In this document: one piece after another, positions 37,218 through 50,983 of the stretch
Layout: each line of letters starts with the position of its first letter
How positions within the stretch are numbered: the stretch's first letter is position 1
Source: Tubulanus polymorphus
Taxonomy: Eukaryota; Animalia; Nemertea
Assembly (NCBI RefSeq): GCF_964204645.1
Contig: NC_134034.1
Location: forward strand, 9,126,962-9,190,961
Direction of reading: 5' to 3'
Length of the DNA stretch: 64,000 bases
Position numbers and translations under genes: made by a program
Notes under the pieces: generated by a model
Database searches by the model: none
What the model saw: only the letters and a program-made list of their open reading frames with translations
What the model was told of the DNA's origin: nothing

Positions 37218-39214
37218 TGGCTGTATCCCAATAAATCTACTTTTCTCCATGCCAAGTTACTTTGTCATATACCAACTGAAAGCTTATCCCAAGTGGAAAA
37301 CAACCAAAAAAAATTTCAAAAAATTTGCATAATTATGCAAATGAGGCACGATGGCCGCCGCAAAACTACCAATATCAACTAAATCTCTTGCATTGATAAC
37401 TTTTTCATTTTAAAAGATAAATACATTTTGTTTTCTTTTACTCCTAGAAGCTATATCTAGAGTCCCTAGCAAAATAATTGTGAAAAACCAATTAGTTAAA
37501 TATTTATTCCATTTTTTAAAATTTAACTTAATAGTCCTGAAAATTGTCACCTAATTAATATGCACAACCATAATATCTGCCAATGAAATAAGATCTGATC
37601 AACGATTTTGGTAGGGGCTCTTCATTAGACAGTTTAACACATACCCTGCAAGTTTAAGCACTGTATCTCAAAAGACAAATTTTTTATCTAACTTCAAAAA
37701 TTGTTCATATAGCCATTTTCATGTTTCGAGAAAAACAACTTTAAATATTTTGAAACAAGTCAGAGCTAAGTAAAGGATGCTGTACTGTCCAATTTATTAT
37801 TCAATAACTGCCTGTTGCATATTTAGGGGTCACTTCTTCATTATTTTTATTATCAATATGTCCTTTTCTAATTCCTCTCAATATTTTTCGCCTTTTGACA
37901 CGCTTTTCGCTGCTTTTATATATTGAGTCGGAAATTCGCTGATTGTCCGATGTCTGGCAACCACTGATGGTGAAGCGCCCTGGTGTTATACCTAGATCTT
38001 CATACAATTTTACTATGGAGATATCACCATCATTAAAATGACATACAGCACTGTTCACTGCCATTTCAACAGTTTCTCTTGCAACATACATATGTTTTGG
38101 GCAACGCTCCCTTATAGATCCATTCAGCCCCTCGTTCGAATTTTGAGTAAGTCCATGAAGACATTTTTCTAAAGGTTTGTATCCGATAAATCTCTAAATA
38201 TGGGCTTAAGGACAGTCTCAGGCAGCCCATGCTTATGTTGATAATCAACTGGATTCTTATTGTATCCACACCATGAATCATCACCAGAAGGACACAGTTC
38301 ATGACGTGGAAACTCATCCGTAGAGGCAACATGGTATAAATTGACCCAGAATGCGTTTTTCATGTCACTGACTGAACGGCTATTTTCACGGATTGCGATA
38401 CCATAATAATTTTGAATAATGTCAATTTAAATATCAGTTAATCGGCCTTTTTCACCTATCGGCTTGCCATCTTCGAGTTTTTTTCCTCTAAACTTAGATT
38501 TTAGTGCGCGACATCGAGTTCCTACACGTTTTTTAACATGGCCCAGACACTCCAACTTACATATCTCTACATCTGGACCATAGGGTTTCAATTTATTGAC
38601 ATCAAGAATAGTTGAGTCTCCATCTCCTAGCATTTTTACGTATTAGAGCCCACGATTGATTTCGGAACGACCAAAATCCGGCATGCCCCTACTGATTCCA
38701 TTGCACCGGCGCTTCCAATATGGTTCACTTTACACTGATGCGTCGTTGCCTTCCACTTTTTGTATTTCATACTGTTCTTATCAACCATATTCCATTTTCG
38801 ACATGAAGCACAAGAATCAGTAAGTATTTCGACATCTATACACTTTTTCGTATCTAACGTTAGGCAAGTTACCACACCATTATGCGACGAATAGCCCCTC
38901 TTTTGCCAACTACCGTCCAATGACACACCGATTTTACCATTAGGGTTGGAATCCTTTGCATTTGTTGCATGCTATCTAAGGCTAACTGCTTGTACGCTTT
39001 CGATAAAAGAACTTGAGCCTTTTTAATGTTTGGTCAAGTCATTGGTGGAGGGCAATTTAAATGAGTACAAACAGTTCTTATAGCAGTATGACCTCTACCG
39101 ATATCGCGAAAGCCAGCAACTACACGCAAGTTTACTTCATAGAAAGGTTTCTTCGTTACCTTTCCAGACACTGTGATGCAAAATTGTTCACCTTTTTACT
39201 GGGATACAGCCACC
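37218..39214 (-). mobile_element. Kolobok-type (DGSWQKRG class) DNA transposon, 5'-deleted, frameshifted transposase at ~37801-39170
   Basis: TIR (GG)TGGCTGTATCCCA(G/A)TAAA at both ends, with TTAA at 39215-39218. Motifs SLDGSWQKRGYSSHNG, GSAGAME, LGDGDS, KLECLGHV.KR, GRLTD, YYGIAIR, HELCP...SWC and TQNSNE. Confidence 0.85.
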
Positions 39215-42175
39215 TTAAGTATCTCTAGAGTGTAATCCTTTATATAAAATGCGAGTTAAACACACTCGAATCGACAAATCTGAAGATTTATGCCACGCAC
39301 ATCATCACGCCACTAAATACTGCAGTCAAATATGGCGGTTCACCTTGCTCAAAGCTGTTCGTCTATTATCGGAAACACTCGGTTTCCGTTCTCAGCGTAG
39401 CTACTATCCAACGCGCGTCGATAGCTGGCCCTTTGATCTTTCGCCGCGTTTCACGTCCCTTCGTTTTAGAGTCCATGCTTATAGTTTAAAGTTGTAAAGA
39501 CCCAAGTGGGTTGATAAGGGTTCTATCAAATTAACTACAGTAAAAAAATAGCACACAAGTGTTGTTTACCGGACTTGATTCTGAAACTAATAGACTATAA
39601 AATGTTTTGGACAGATGTGATTTACATTGCATCCATTTTCTGAACGGGTACGATGTTCTGATAAACTTACAAGCATCTGACAATTTATATCGCGCGCTAC
39701 CATCATTTTTGTTATCACTATATTTGATATTGGGAACATCACATTAGATGCGGTGAATATAAAATTTCCTGCCGACCAAGGTTTTCCACTCTGGTACACT
39801 GATTGGTCCACTGTGTAAAACGTCTAGTTGGGTTTGTGAGTTTGAGAAGAGAAAGAGAATATCATATCCCCCACACTCATTCAATAGAAAGAAAACGCTA
39901 AAATATAATCAATGTTTGTATGAAATGACTTACTTCTGCTAGGATAAATCTTTATTCCCAGTTAAGTGATTTATTTATTCACAATATTGGGATGTTGAAA
40001 GATGAATAAACAGAAAATTAGAGTATTGCGTCCAAAAGAAAATGAAGAACAGTTGACGTTCCGAACTCACTATTTAAAGAAACGGAGTCCTAACGCTGAC
40101 TGGGTAGGTCCGACCCTTCAGAAAAACTACCACTGGCCTATAATATATCTAAACTCCGGGACTTAAATAACGATACACACCATTTATTCTGTACAAAGCA
40201 AGAGAGAGAACAAAGAACATTGTCACACTAAAATGTGGATTCGGACTTAACACTTTAACATGGATTTGAACTACACAGTCCAATTGGTCTCTGGACTCAA
40301 TGCCCCATCGTTAGACGGTGGGAAGTTAATCAGAATACAATTTCTGAGAGGTGTCCAATTTGCATGATTTGACCACATATCTTACTTGAAAATAATATGT
40401 CAAAGTCAAAACTTGGTGAAGCGCACAGCCAGATTTAAGTTTCCAATAAATGAATAGAGGTGGCCGGGTCTTTCTTATTGAATTTTACATTGTAAAAAAA
40501 CCGATTTGCTGAAGGCACGCCGTGGCTGTGTTAGAGGTGGCCAAAGAAAATCACCCAATATATCAAAGATCTGTGAATATTTTTATATGTTTTAGAAATT
40601 TGTTCCCGGAAGTACAATGGGTTGCAAGGGTACGGAATTAATTAACTACTTTAAATACGGCAAAAATTTTGAGGGTTAATTATTCATATAAGTGTGTCGA
40701 GGGATGGTCGTTTTGTAACACGCGGACTGCGGGCGAAGCCATGCACGCATTATTATCCGGGACTGACCCTAGCGATGCTGTGAAACTGACGTGCTTGTTA
40801 TTCTAAAGAATTCGCCCTTTGCTAAGGGACTGTGCTTTTTGTGGGATTCGAATCCAGTCTTCCAATCGGTTTCTCCTGAGATATCAGAACTAAAAATAAC
40901 ATTTTTGACATGATTTTGTGAATACTGTTTGTAAATATTTTGAAGATTGAACAAAAATCATCTTGTAATCCTTCATTAGTATATTTACACGACGCGAGTC
41001 CAACCATGACCATCATTTCCGTAGCCACGATTCCACCAATCCTCCTTGTGTCCTGGATCTAAACTTCACATTTTGAGAAGGACGGTATGAAATATAGAAA
41101 TTTGAATATGCCTCACACATGCTAAAGTCTGTCTCAGTCCAGTTTGCCGCGGCATATCAAAGCTTTTTTATCATAACATTGCCTGATTCCCGTGGTTACT
41201 GCGTGGTAACTGCGCACTCCACAGCACGATGTCTGGCCACTGTATCCAAGAGTGCATATATAGGTTTCTGACTGACCAGAGCCTTCATATCATGGCTGTT
41301 CGAATATCACGGATACCGGATACCGGACACCTAAATACCGGATACCGGATACTCGAGATTGCGGAGTATATAGCGCATCGGGTCTAATGGTCAGCGGTAA
41401 ACGGCAGTTCGTCTGAGAACAAGTAAATAATAAAAGGCCTAGATTATTTTCATATTAATACATAGGTATATCCTTTTCAAATACAGTAGTAGCATACAAA
41501 ATGTTAACGGTATAGACAATTCAATTCAGATTTATTGCTTCCGAGTAATATCACGATTACATACGACAGTCACGGTAACAAACAGTGGAAATATTTTTTA
41601 TCATTCTGCCAATATGAACGGATTACCGAATAGACCGTTACCGTTTTGGGCAGAGCTACTGTACAATACAAAATATCTTTATCATTCAGTTTCACGAAAG
41701 AAGAAGGCCATTTTAATAAAGCTAAGCTTTGACGATCTATATTTTCATGATCTTTAGAATCAAATTTAACATCGGGGTAAATAGTCACTTAGAGGTATGG
41801 TAGGTACCGGCATTCGACGAACTGATTTTTGAAGGTTATACCAAAACAATTGGTGTCCAGGGGTGTTGATTTGCGTTGATTTTCGACGATCGCCATGGAC
41901 TCAATTTCATTTTTAGGGACATCGTGATTGAGAATGAAATGTAGACATATCGTCCAATAAATAGAATATTATCCTCCATAAAATAAGAAAACGAATTTTA
42001 ATTCTTTGTTCTTAAATACTTGTATTTCATTGGTGTTCAGCTCAACTATTCCATAGTAAATGAACAAATACAAAATGTAGAGATCTTTAAAACAAACTTT
42101 ATTAGAAGAAACTTTAGAACTGCCAGACTCGCTTATGGCCTTCTAACTTGAGATATAGGGCCTAGCAGTACTCAG

Positions 42176-43037
42176 GGTTAGCGGTGAAAATCCCCTAGGT
42201 AAAAATCCCCAATTATTCAAAGTAGGTAAAAATCCCCCACCTTTTGAATGGAGTCCAGATTAGATACAATTTTAAGGTCAATTTATTTGTATTAATATAT
42301 TCTATTTAGTTACGTTAAATAGAAATATCATGAATATAGAAGTTATCGTATTTGAATGAAAAATATAAAATTAGAAGTTAATTAATTTACAAAATCGCAT
42401 CACATAGTAAATCACAAAAAAATTACAAATTGGTACTTCATTAATACTGTATCGCAGAAAATATAAGTTAAAAAGAAAAAAAGAGGTCATCGCAGAGTTC
42501 AAACATATCATGATCTTAAATTTCAAAAAGCACTCCAAATTAAAAGTTCATTGATATCGCACAGCTTAAATAACATATCACAAGTTAAAAATGGCTCATG
42601 AAATAGATTTTGAAGTTTAAAAAGTATTGTCACTAATTAATTCAGTAAGTTAGCTTGTCACTCATTAATTTTGAGTAAGTTAGCTAACCAGTTATTCACA
42701 ATAAATAGTAACTACGTTTACTAGATTTTGTTTCTTTATCTTCGTTTTTCCTATAAATGATTTTTGACCATTGACTTTATTAAGATAAACTTAAATGCTA
42801 AACAAAATACAGTTAAATCCATACAAAGCTACAAATTTAAGGAAGAAAAAAATTCAATCGCAAAAAGGCAGAAATAATGATAATAAATTTAGTAAAAATG
42901 ATAATAAATGGATAGTACTTGAGAAATATCTTGCTTTAAAATGTTCTCTAGATGTGAAGTGGGGATTTTTACCTACTTTGAATAATTGGGGATTTTTACC
43001 TGGGGGATTATTACCTAGGGGATTTTTACCTACAACC
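42176..43037. mobile_element. MULE-type MITE nested in the large MULE
   Basis: Termini GGTT..AACC with repeated GGTAAAAATCCCC motifs inverted at the two ends. TSD GTACTCAG at 42168-42175 and 43038-43045. Confidence 0.88.
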
Positions 43038-43579
43038 GTACTCAGCCCTATTAATGAAAGGATTTTACAGAAAAACCAAAAAGGGCCACCAATACATATC
43101 CATCACCAGTGAAGTAAGATAATAAAAAATGAATATAACCTTTAACTTCACCTAACCAAAGAAAAACAGTATTCAGAAAGAAATATGTATAATATTGAGA
43201 AAGTATGAAGTACAACAGTGTGCATGAAATCTAGTGCAGGTCGCTAGAAAATAACAGCTGTGAAAATGCCAGACCTAAATAATACCAGGACAGAATTTTA
43301 GAACATTAATTCAAAGCTTATTACACTAACTCAAAACTGTAAGCTCAACTAAAAAAAATTTGGGATGTAACATGATGACGTATTTACATATATTATATTA
43401 TTTTTATACATTTGCGTATTGATTTGTTATAACCTTCAACTAGAATTATATCAGAAAATAATGAAATGCGTTTGAAATACAATTCTACCAAATTCCGTCC
43501 TGGCATTTTCTAAGTCCAGAATTATCTGTGGTTATTTTCTGATAAAAATGTAGCTAGGCTTGTTAACGCCTACCTAAGA

Positions 43580-43745
43580 TTTCGGAAGGTTAGGCGTACC
43601 TCATAGCGCTTTACCTGTAATCTTTTACAATTTCGGAAGACGGCTAAGCATACTTCACAACGCTTTACCTGTAATACTTTATGATTTCGGAAGACGGCTA
43701 GGCGTACTTCACAACGCTTTACCTGTAATCCTTTATGATTATTCT
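43580..43745. repeat. Tandem repeat, 54-bp unit x 3 (open on the minus strand)
   Basis: TTTACCTGTAA at 43610, 43664 and 43718. It translates as NHKGLQVKRCEVRLAVFR-like repeats. Confidence 0.85.
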
Positions 43746-43823
43746 GAAAATAGAGAAAATTGTTTAACATTTATGAATTGACTACAGTAACATCAACATT
43801 AGATACGCTAAGTAATCACATTC

Positions 43824-46800
43824 TTAAGATTCTAGAAATGAGTTTAACTGAGATATCTGTTCTGGTGACATTTGGTGTTGAACCTCTGTACTAACAGAAA
43901 GGGACCGAGTTGAAAATGACCGATATTTGTTTCTAATACAATGCAAATTTAAGTGATAATAGGTTCTTTGGGGTTTATTGGATTTCGTTAATTCACCAGT
44001 GTGGGGATGTTTATACGTTCTGAAATCCCATTTTCTAACAATAAGGTCACAATTAGTTGATTCTGAATTACGGAACTCTTTACCGCAGCCATAACATTTT
44101 TTTATTAAACCTTGTAAAAAGGTTACTGAAAAATCATCCAAATTAAGGGAGTCGCATTGCTGCGATGTCGAACCTGAAGAACCACATCTCCTGGGTTGGT
44201 TACCTTTGGTTCCACAAGACTGTAAATTTACACTAGATGTTGCAATTTTAAATAAGTTTGTTCTTTTTTTACTACTTTTGTGCCACTTCAAATACTGACC
44301 AAGACTTGCTGCTTTTTCGGCAGCTGAAACTGAATGTGAACAAAGGGAATGGAAGGAAAACTGTTTACACGTACAGAAACAATTGCCACTTTGCACATTA
44401 ACATTAACCGAATTATTTGTTATCGAAGTATCGCTTATAACACTGAACTTCTTAATCAATGGATTATTTGAAGGGGCACAGGCAATAGCATTTGAAGATG
44501 ACAAAATATTATCAGCTTTTTTCCAAATTGAAAATAACAATGACTCAACAATCTGAACTCCATATTTATCTTTAGCATCTTTAACGGATATGGATATGTT
44601 TGAAGATGGTATAGTAATCAGATTTGAATCCACGCGATTATAAAGTTCATGCATCGTTAATGATTGGACCATTTTCGAATGCTCTATGCGCTGTGGGTGC
44701 GTCAATTGAAATATATTTTTACAAACAACTGATTTAAATTCATCCCTTACGACATATCGTTCGGAAACATTAGAAAACGCTCGGTATAACTCTTCCCTTT
44801 CACTCAGAATCATATTTTTTAACGATTTAATAAAAGCACATAAACCCAACTCTCTGTTTTGCATCCAGTTCCTCATTCTAGAATTCGTGCTCTCCGAAGA
44901 GTTAGTATAAAAGTAGGAAGGTGGATCACCCATTCCTGCATTTTGTCTTACATTAGAAATAAAACAACTCTTAATCATGGATAGATTTTCATTCATGTAC
45001 TTCGAAAATTTTTTAGACTTATCTAATTCATTCCAACGAATTTCCAGTTTCTTGAAATTGAATATCACATTCATCCGCAGTACGGGAATTAATCAATGCA
45101 TTTATACTATCATTTCCAAAAATACTAGCTAGAATTTCATTACTAGAATTTTGATCCAGACCAATACTACTTAACTTACTTATAACATTTTTTTAAAGTG
45201 TCTGGTACAACGTAAATGCAAAGCATTTGGAAAATAAGACGATACTGCCTGAAAAAGTTCGGTTTCCCCATCAGTACCGAAAGCTATAATGTCTTTTAGA
45301 TCATGCTTTTCAGTTAATGTTCGAAAAAGGGTCCCGTAATCGTCTTTTTTCTTAGTGAAATGAAGCAAAACGGGGCCTGTGAATATAGGTGATTCTGCTG
45401 ATCTTTAACATTGAAGCATTAAATTCTTATATGTGATCGGGGTTACATGAAACCTTCCAAATTTAAATGTGGGATCAACTGAAATAGGTGCAAAATCAAT
45501 TGGATCAGATGAAAACTTAAACATATCATCTAACTGCTCATTAAAAAAAAGAACTGCAGCGACGTTGGGGTGAACCCCCAAAAACTGAATAAACTCCTTT
45601 AGTTCACCCTTAGCCAGGTCCATTAATACTGCTAATTCCTCGTTTTCATGGCAATGAGTAATACCTTTTTTACTTTGTCTAACTTTATAGGATAAACCTC
45701 TTGTGGCTAAATCAGCTTGGGAATCAGCAGTTAATACTGACGATACAGATATAGATTCAGCAGATGTTTGTCCAAGCATATTTTCCTTAGTTGCAGTTAC
45801 AATAGAGGGTTTAACTCTCGTATGAGGTTTTTGATTAGTCTTAGAATTTCCATGGGGTCTAGCAGATATCGGATGTTCTTCATTGTCAAATGAATACTGA
45901 ATGAATACTGAACTGTTGGCTATAGTACCATTCTTGTCGGTTAAATACATTAGCTTCCTAGAATGGTCTACATCATATTTGTGCCTGTAGTAGGTCTTGT
46001 AAAGGTATAAATTACATTCAATTTTCTGCTTAGTCATGGAATATTTCTGACCATTGTTTACAATATTTAATTTAGTTTTCCCTTTATGAATATAAACACC
46101 ATTTCCATCACATTTTATATCAGCAAATGGAACTCTTTTTAAATCAATGATAAAAACGACATTTTTATCAACACAATACGGAACTTTGGTACACTTTATA
46201 ATATTTTCGTTGAGTAAAGTAGTACATACAGTGTCGATATCCAATTCTTTGCCCTCTTTGAATATGGGTAATTGCTCGTCACCATTGTACAGTTTCATCG
46301 GAACAGATCTGTAAAGTTATTCAATTATTCATTATTGATGTAAACACAATATATTATGTATATCGTAAGGTAAAGTGACCAATTGTATATATGTATTTAC
46401 CTTGTATCGTCATTTTTCTCACTGTCATCAGAGATTACTATACAGTCCGAGACATCTGTGCTATTAGTGCTGTTGGATGGTAAGTTCATAATCCTAAATA
46501 GATAAAATGAGTTCAAATCAGCAATACCGGTATAGCAAATTGGTATTCGGTCAAATAAAAAGATAACTTAAGTTCAGCTGAATAGCGAGAAAATTCAAAG
46601 AACTGCAGCTAAATTAAGCAAGCTTACTCGTCACTATTTGTTATTCCATTTATAACGTCGTCTGTACAATCATCAGACGATATTTCGATGACTTCCTTTA
46701 GATTTGTACTGAAAGTAGGAATTGATAACATATTAAAAAAATTATCATCGACTCATAAATCTTCATTAATGACAATAACAAACAAACCCCACCTAAATGT

Positions 46801-49800
46801 CTGTCATTTACTGATTTTCTTATTCTTCACATGTCACAGAATTTTGATATGATGTTCTAACATAGATATTCTAACATGTTCTAGATATTCTAACATGAAG
46901 TGCTTACCTGACATCAACATAACTTGTTAAGTCATCATCAGATGATGGAGGTTCTGAACTAAAATGAAAGGAAAAAATTTATAACTTCATCAATAAGGTT
47001 AGCTATCATAATCAGGGTGTTGTACCTTTCGACGCCTATTTCCTCCATGTATTGCTCCAAATGTTTATCGACCTGATGATCTCCCATTGCGGACTGACTG
47101 GCGCATTTAAAACCACAAGATATACATTTATAACTCCGCTGCCTGAAAAAGAAGTGAATGCATAAGAAAACTGCTACCATTTAAGGGACATTTTATAAGA
47201 TGGACATTCCCAAAATTGATTAATCATTTTAAATGTAAAACCATTTTTTGAATCACATACCTACATACTTTAGATACTTTAGATTTGTTTTTCCTATTAT
47301 TTCTTGCAGATTCTCCAAGTGAACTATACTAAAAATGTTGGATAACAATTATGATATAAAAAACAAAAAAACTCAAAGAAGTATTAGATGTTTTTAGTTA
47401 TTCTGAATGCTAGGAAAGACATAAATTCAATCACCAAAATCGTTTTTGCAATCTGACCAACCAAACGTATATCTTAGTTATAATGTGGCCTAACTGATAT
47501 TTTCACTAATAAAATAATTATTTACAACTCTTTTCCTGGCACTTTCCAGATGGCTCGTGACTATGCCAGGAATAAACTGGCCCTTGAATATAGTATCGCC
47601 ACATTGTTCGGATGTTGTAGGAAAGTCACTCTGAAAATAAATAAATAAATAGTACTGAATTTTACAGAAACAAATGAGTAAAAAATAAACAACATTTAAT
47701 AACTTCCAATTAAAATAAGTAGTTTTATTGGATAGTTGAGATTCTTTCGTAAATGTCGCACATGTAAGGAGTAAAAATCTGTCAGCAAAATCTATGTTGT
47801 GAATAAAACGTTTGAGTTTGTTTTGGCTAAGGATGTTTTTTTTTTCTTTGGTAACAGTTGCTCTGTCTACCACTAACAACATCATAAAATCTGTATAAAC
47901 ACTTGTATCTCACCTCAATCTTTTCGTAAACCATGAGAGTTTCCATCGCAAAGTCTAATGGGTCAAAATATATCTTTTCAACCTGAAAATGATAAGTAAT
48001 CTATTAAATGGTTAGAATGATCAATTCTCATAACCAGATGCACTGGATACTAACATTCCTATCATCAAACATATACCAATCATTAGAAATATTCGAAACA
48101 TTTCTGTAGTGGCCAGATGTGGCAGAGTCTCCACTGTGTAATATGACACTCCTGAGGGAATATCGGATCTAAAAAATCAAGGCAAAATATTCAAATATAA
48201 CAATCTTGGCCCACTAATAATTATCAAAATTGAAAGCGAGATAATGATTCGCTAATAATTGAAATATAAAATTATCAAAATCGGAAATGACATCATACCA
48301 GCTGGTTTCCTGCCTGATCAGTTAAACCTTTAGGCACATTGACTGGATGATTCAGTCTTCGAACAGATGAGGATGTCAGATCAAAGGAAGACCTTAAGTA
48401 TAAAGAAGCATAATTTTTTCCATAATATAAAACTTTTCAATAACATTTTCGATACAAATTTATAACTTGCATTTACCCAGCAATGCATAAGTGCAATGAG
48501 TTACAGGTTAATCATATCCTGAACACAGAAAGCAGCAGCTTTGATGATTAAAATGGATAGAGATTAGTGCAGAATTATATGATAACTTTGAAATTACCCA
48601 CAAATTTTAAGTGAACAAGTGTGCTTTACTCCATATGTTAATCACATGTTTTTGTAACCAACCTATACAAAGTTTAGCAAAGGTAGCAAGTTTTCAAAAT
48701 TGTATATGCTGATTTCATATCATACAGCTTCAAAGTTGATGGTATTTCATGGACATTTGATCAAAAATTATGATCGTTTATTGATGTACCAAGATATCTA
48801 AAAAAAATATATCCAGTATCTCTATTGTCTTATCAGTCAAATTTCATAACCTCTTGAAAACTTGTAACCTTGTAAATATCAAGTGCATAACACTAAAGAA
48901 ATTAGAATGTATATGTAGTGTATATCATACAACACATTATCTCATCATACGACACATTTACAGTATATTTAGGGAACCTTTCGATATTTGGTTCAGGGCT
49001 TAGGTAACTAAGGAATAAATGATATCACATGAGGTTTATCATATAACGCTTTTGCAAATCTAATACAAACTGTGTCCTCAAAAGTTTTCTCTGAAAATCA
49101 AAAGATATAATAATGAAGTGCAGATAATAACTGTATGACAAGTTCTTGTTTAACATGCACTTTAATAAGATGAGATATTTCGAGTTAACAAAAATTGATG
49201 CTGGTTGCATCAGCACTTGCAAAACTACAAACATACCGTTTCAAATGCAATATAAAGTATTTTCCCGAAGATGGAAAACACAACTTTTTTTCCTGGAGAG
49301 CCTGAGTAGATCCACATCTGTAATGAAAACGTATAAAAGTTATCACTATGCATAACGGGATCATTCATTTATTACTAAACCCCCCTCCCCATGTACGCAA
49401 TATCGGCCATTTTTTCATATACATCAAGCATTACAGTAAGCAATTGCACTTACACCTCACTCTCCCCTAATGTGTACGTAATAAATGAATGACCCCTAAG
49501 TATACTTTACTTGTCTTCATGAGTAAGCACTGCAGAATGGCTGGATAAAGTTTTCAAATCATCCATATGAAAAAGATGCACTTGCTTCTTAAACGGTTTA
49601 TTGGTTTATTCAAATAATGACATACCCGCAATGAAAATTTATTTTTTCTTGCATTACTTCCATTTTGAGGGATTCCAGTATGTCTACCACTGGTTCAAAT
49701 TTACGATCCTAGAATAAGTAACAAAAAACCCTTTAACACAGCCAATGAATGCAATATTCTATTTACTTTCTCACATCAGAATATAAATATAAAATTCATA

Positions 49801-50983
49801 ATCACTATTCACTATTTTTAATCCTGTGATTTTATGTGAATGTTGCTTTAAAAATGACTTACCAAGCACGACAAAGACACAATAGGAATGGAAGTACCCC
49901 TTGTTCTTTTTTCGCTGCATTTAACACACGAAGCTGAAAATTGAAATGATGATGAAAATTAAGTGTATGAAACGGAGTGGGATTTACAATAGAGTCTAAG
50001 CTAAGTAATTTGAAAGCGTTTCAATGATTTTTGATTCATCATTTATTTAATTTAGGTCTATTCCATATATCAAACGTGTATGCAAAAATAGAATCAGCCA
50101 AAATCAATTTAAAATCCATGAAAACAACTTCAACATACTTGATTCATTCCACGTACTTTGAAACATGTCCAACAGAGACCTGAAAGTATAATTAGTCATA
50201 CCATATGTATGATAAATAATGATGTAAGGCTAAAAAAATTATACCTTGTTTCTCATTTCTGCTGAGCTTCTGGCCGCCTATCTACCCTGTACATTACTTT
50301 TTTACAATCGTGATCAGGCTAACCATAATAACAGATCCGGCAGCTATAGAAATGAACTGTACAATTTTTTTTTTACAAAAGTGACCCGTTTAAGTTTAAT
50401 AATGTGTCCTAGTTCGACAGCTCATCTTTTAAGCTTAAAAGAAAAATAAACTAGGTCGCTTAGCTTCAACTATTTTAAAGAATTTGTGTTACTTACGGAT
50501 CTTCTCCAGAAACTTTTGTCAAGAGTCCTCGAAGGAACTCTTCAGCATCTTGCTGATCAGTCATTCTTGCACCAGGTATAATATCTGGAATCAATATTAA
50601 TAACACTATTTCAAAATGACCTAGTTCATTTTGCTCCTTTTACATTCAATTTTACAATACTCGGCAGTCGAAATTTGTGTAAAAGAGTTATTACCACTAA
50701 TCAAGTGGTACAGCTTTTCATTGTACCCGTTAAAACAATGCCACAGAATACACCGAATACATTCGTCATCCATACCTGTAACCAAACAACACAACAAAAA
50801 AAAACTATTAACTAAATTCAATAAGAAAACAACTTTTTTCCTCCAGCTGAAATACTTACATTCCACTGTTGTGGCATGTTGTTCGATTTTTGATAAAAAA
50901 TCTGGCACCGATTTCAGCACTTGAACGACGACATTCAAATAACAGCAACTGTTGTTAAAGTTAGGCAGACCGGAAGGCACCAT
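43824..50983 (-). pseudogene. Spliced fusion gene: ubiquitin-specific protease (peptidase C19) - C2H2 finger - SIM-like motifs - MULE DDE transposase - SWIM
   Basis: USP boxes: GLPNFNNSCCYLN (50983-50860), QQDAEEFL (50584-50497), FILHLKR (49317-49237) and YSLRSVILHSG..SGHY..WYMFDD (48168-48055). Linker exons run in phase into exon 46308-43824, which has VDPTF, GTDGE, LRCTRH, TNSSES and SWIM CFCTC..LCSH. A few stops and frameshifts are present. Confidence 0.88.
49356..49496. mobile_element. PIF/Harbinger (Tourist-like) MITE in an intron of the USP part
   Basis: TIRs (C)GGGATCATTCATTTATTAC and GTAATAAATGAATGACCCC, with TAA on both sides. Confidence 0.8.

Noticed and set aside
47914-50983. Interpreting the USP exons as an ordinary host deubiquitinase gene next to a transposon
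   Set aside because: The exons lie inside the TIR/TSD boundaries, start ~700 bp from the TIR, have no stop after the USP domain and splice in phase to the transposase.
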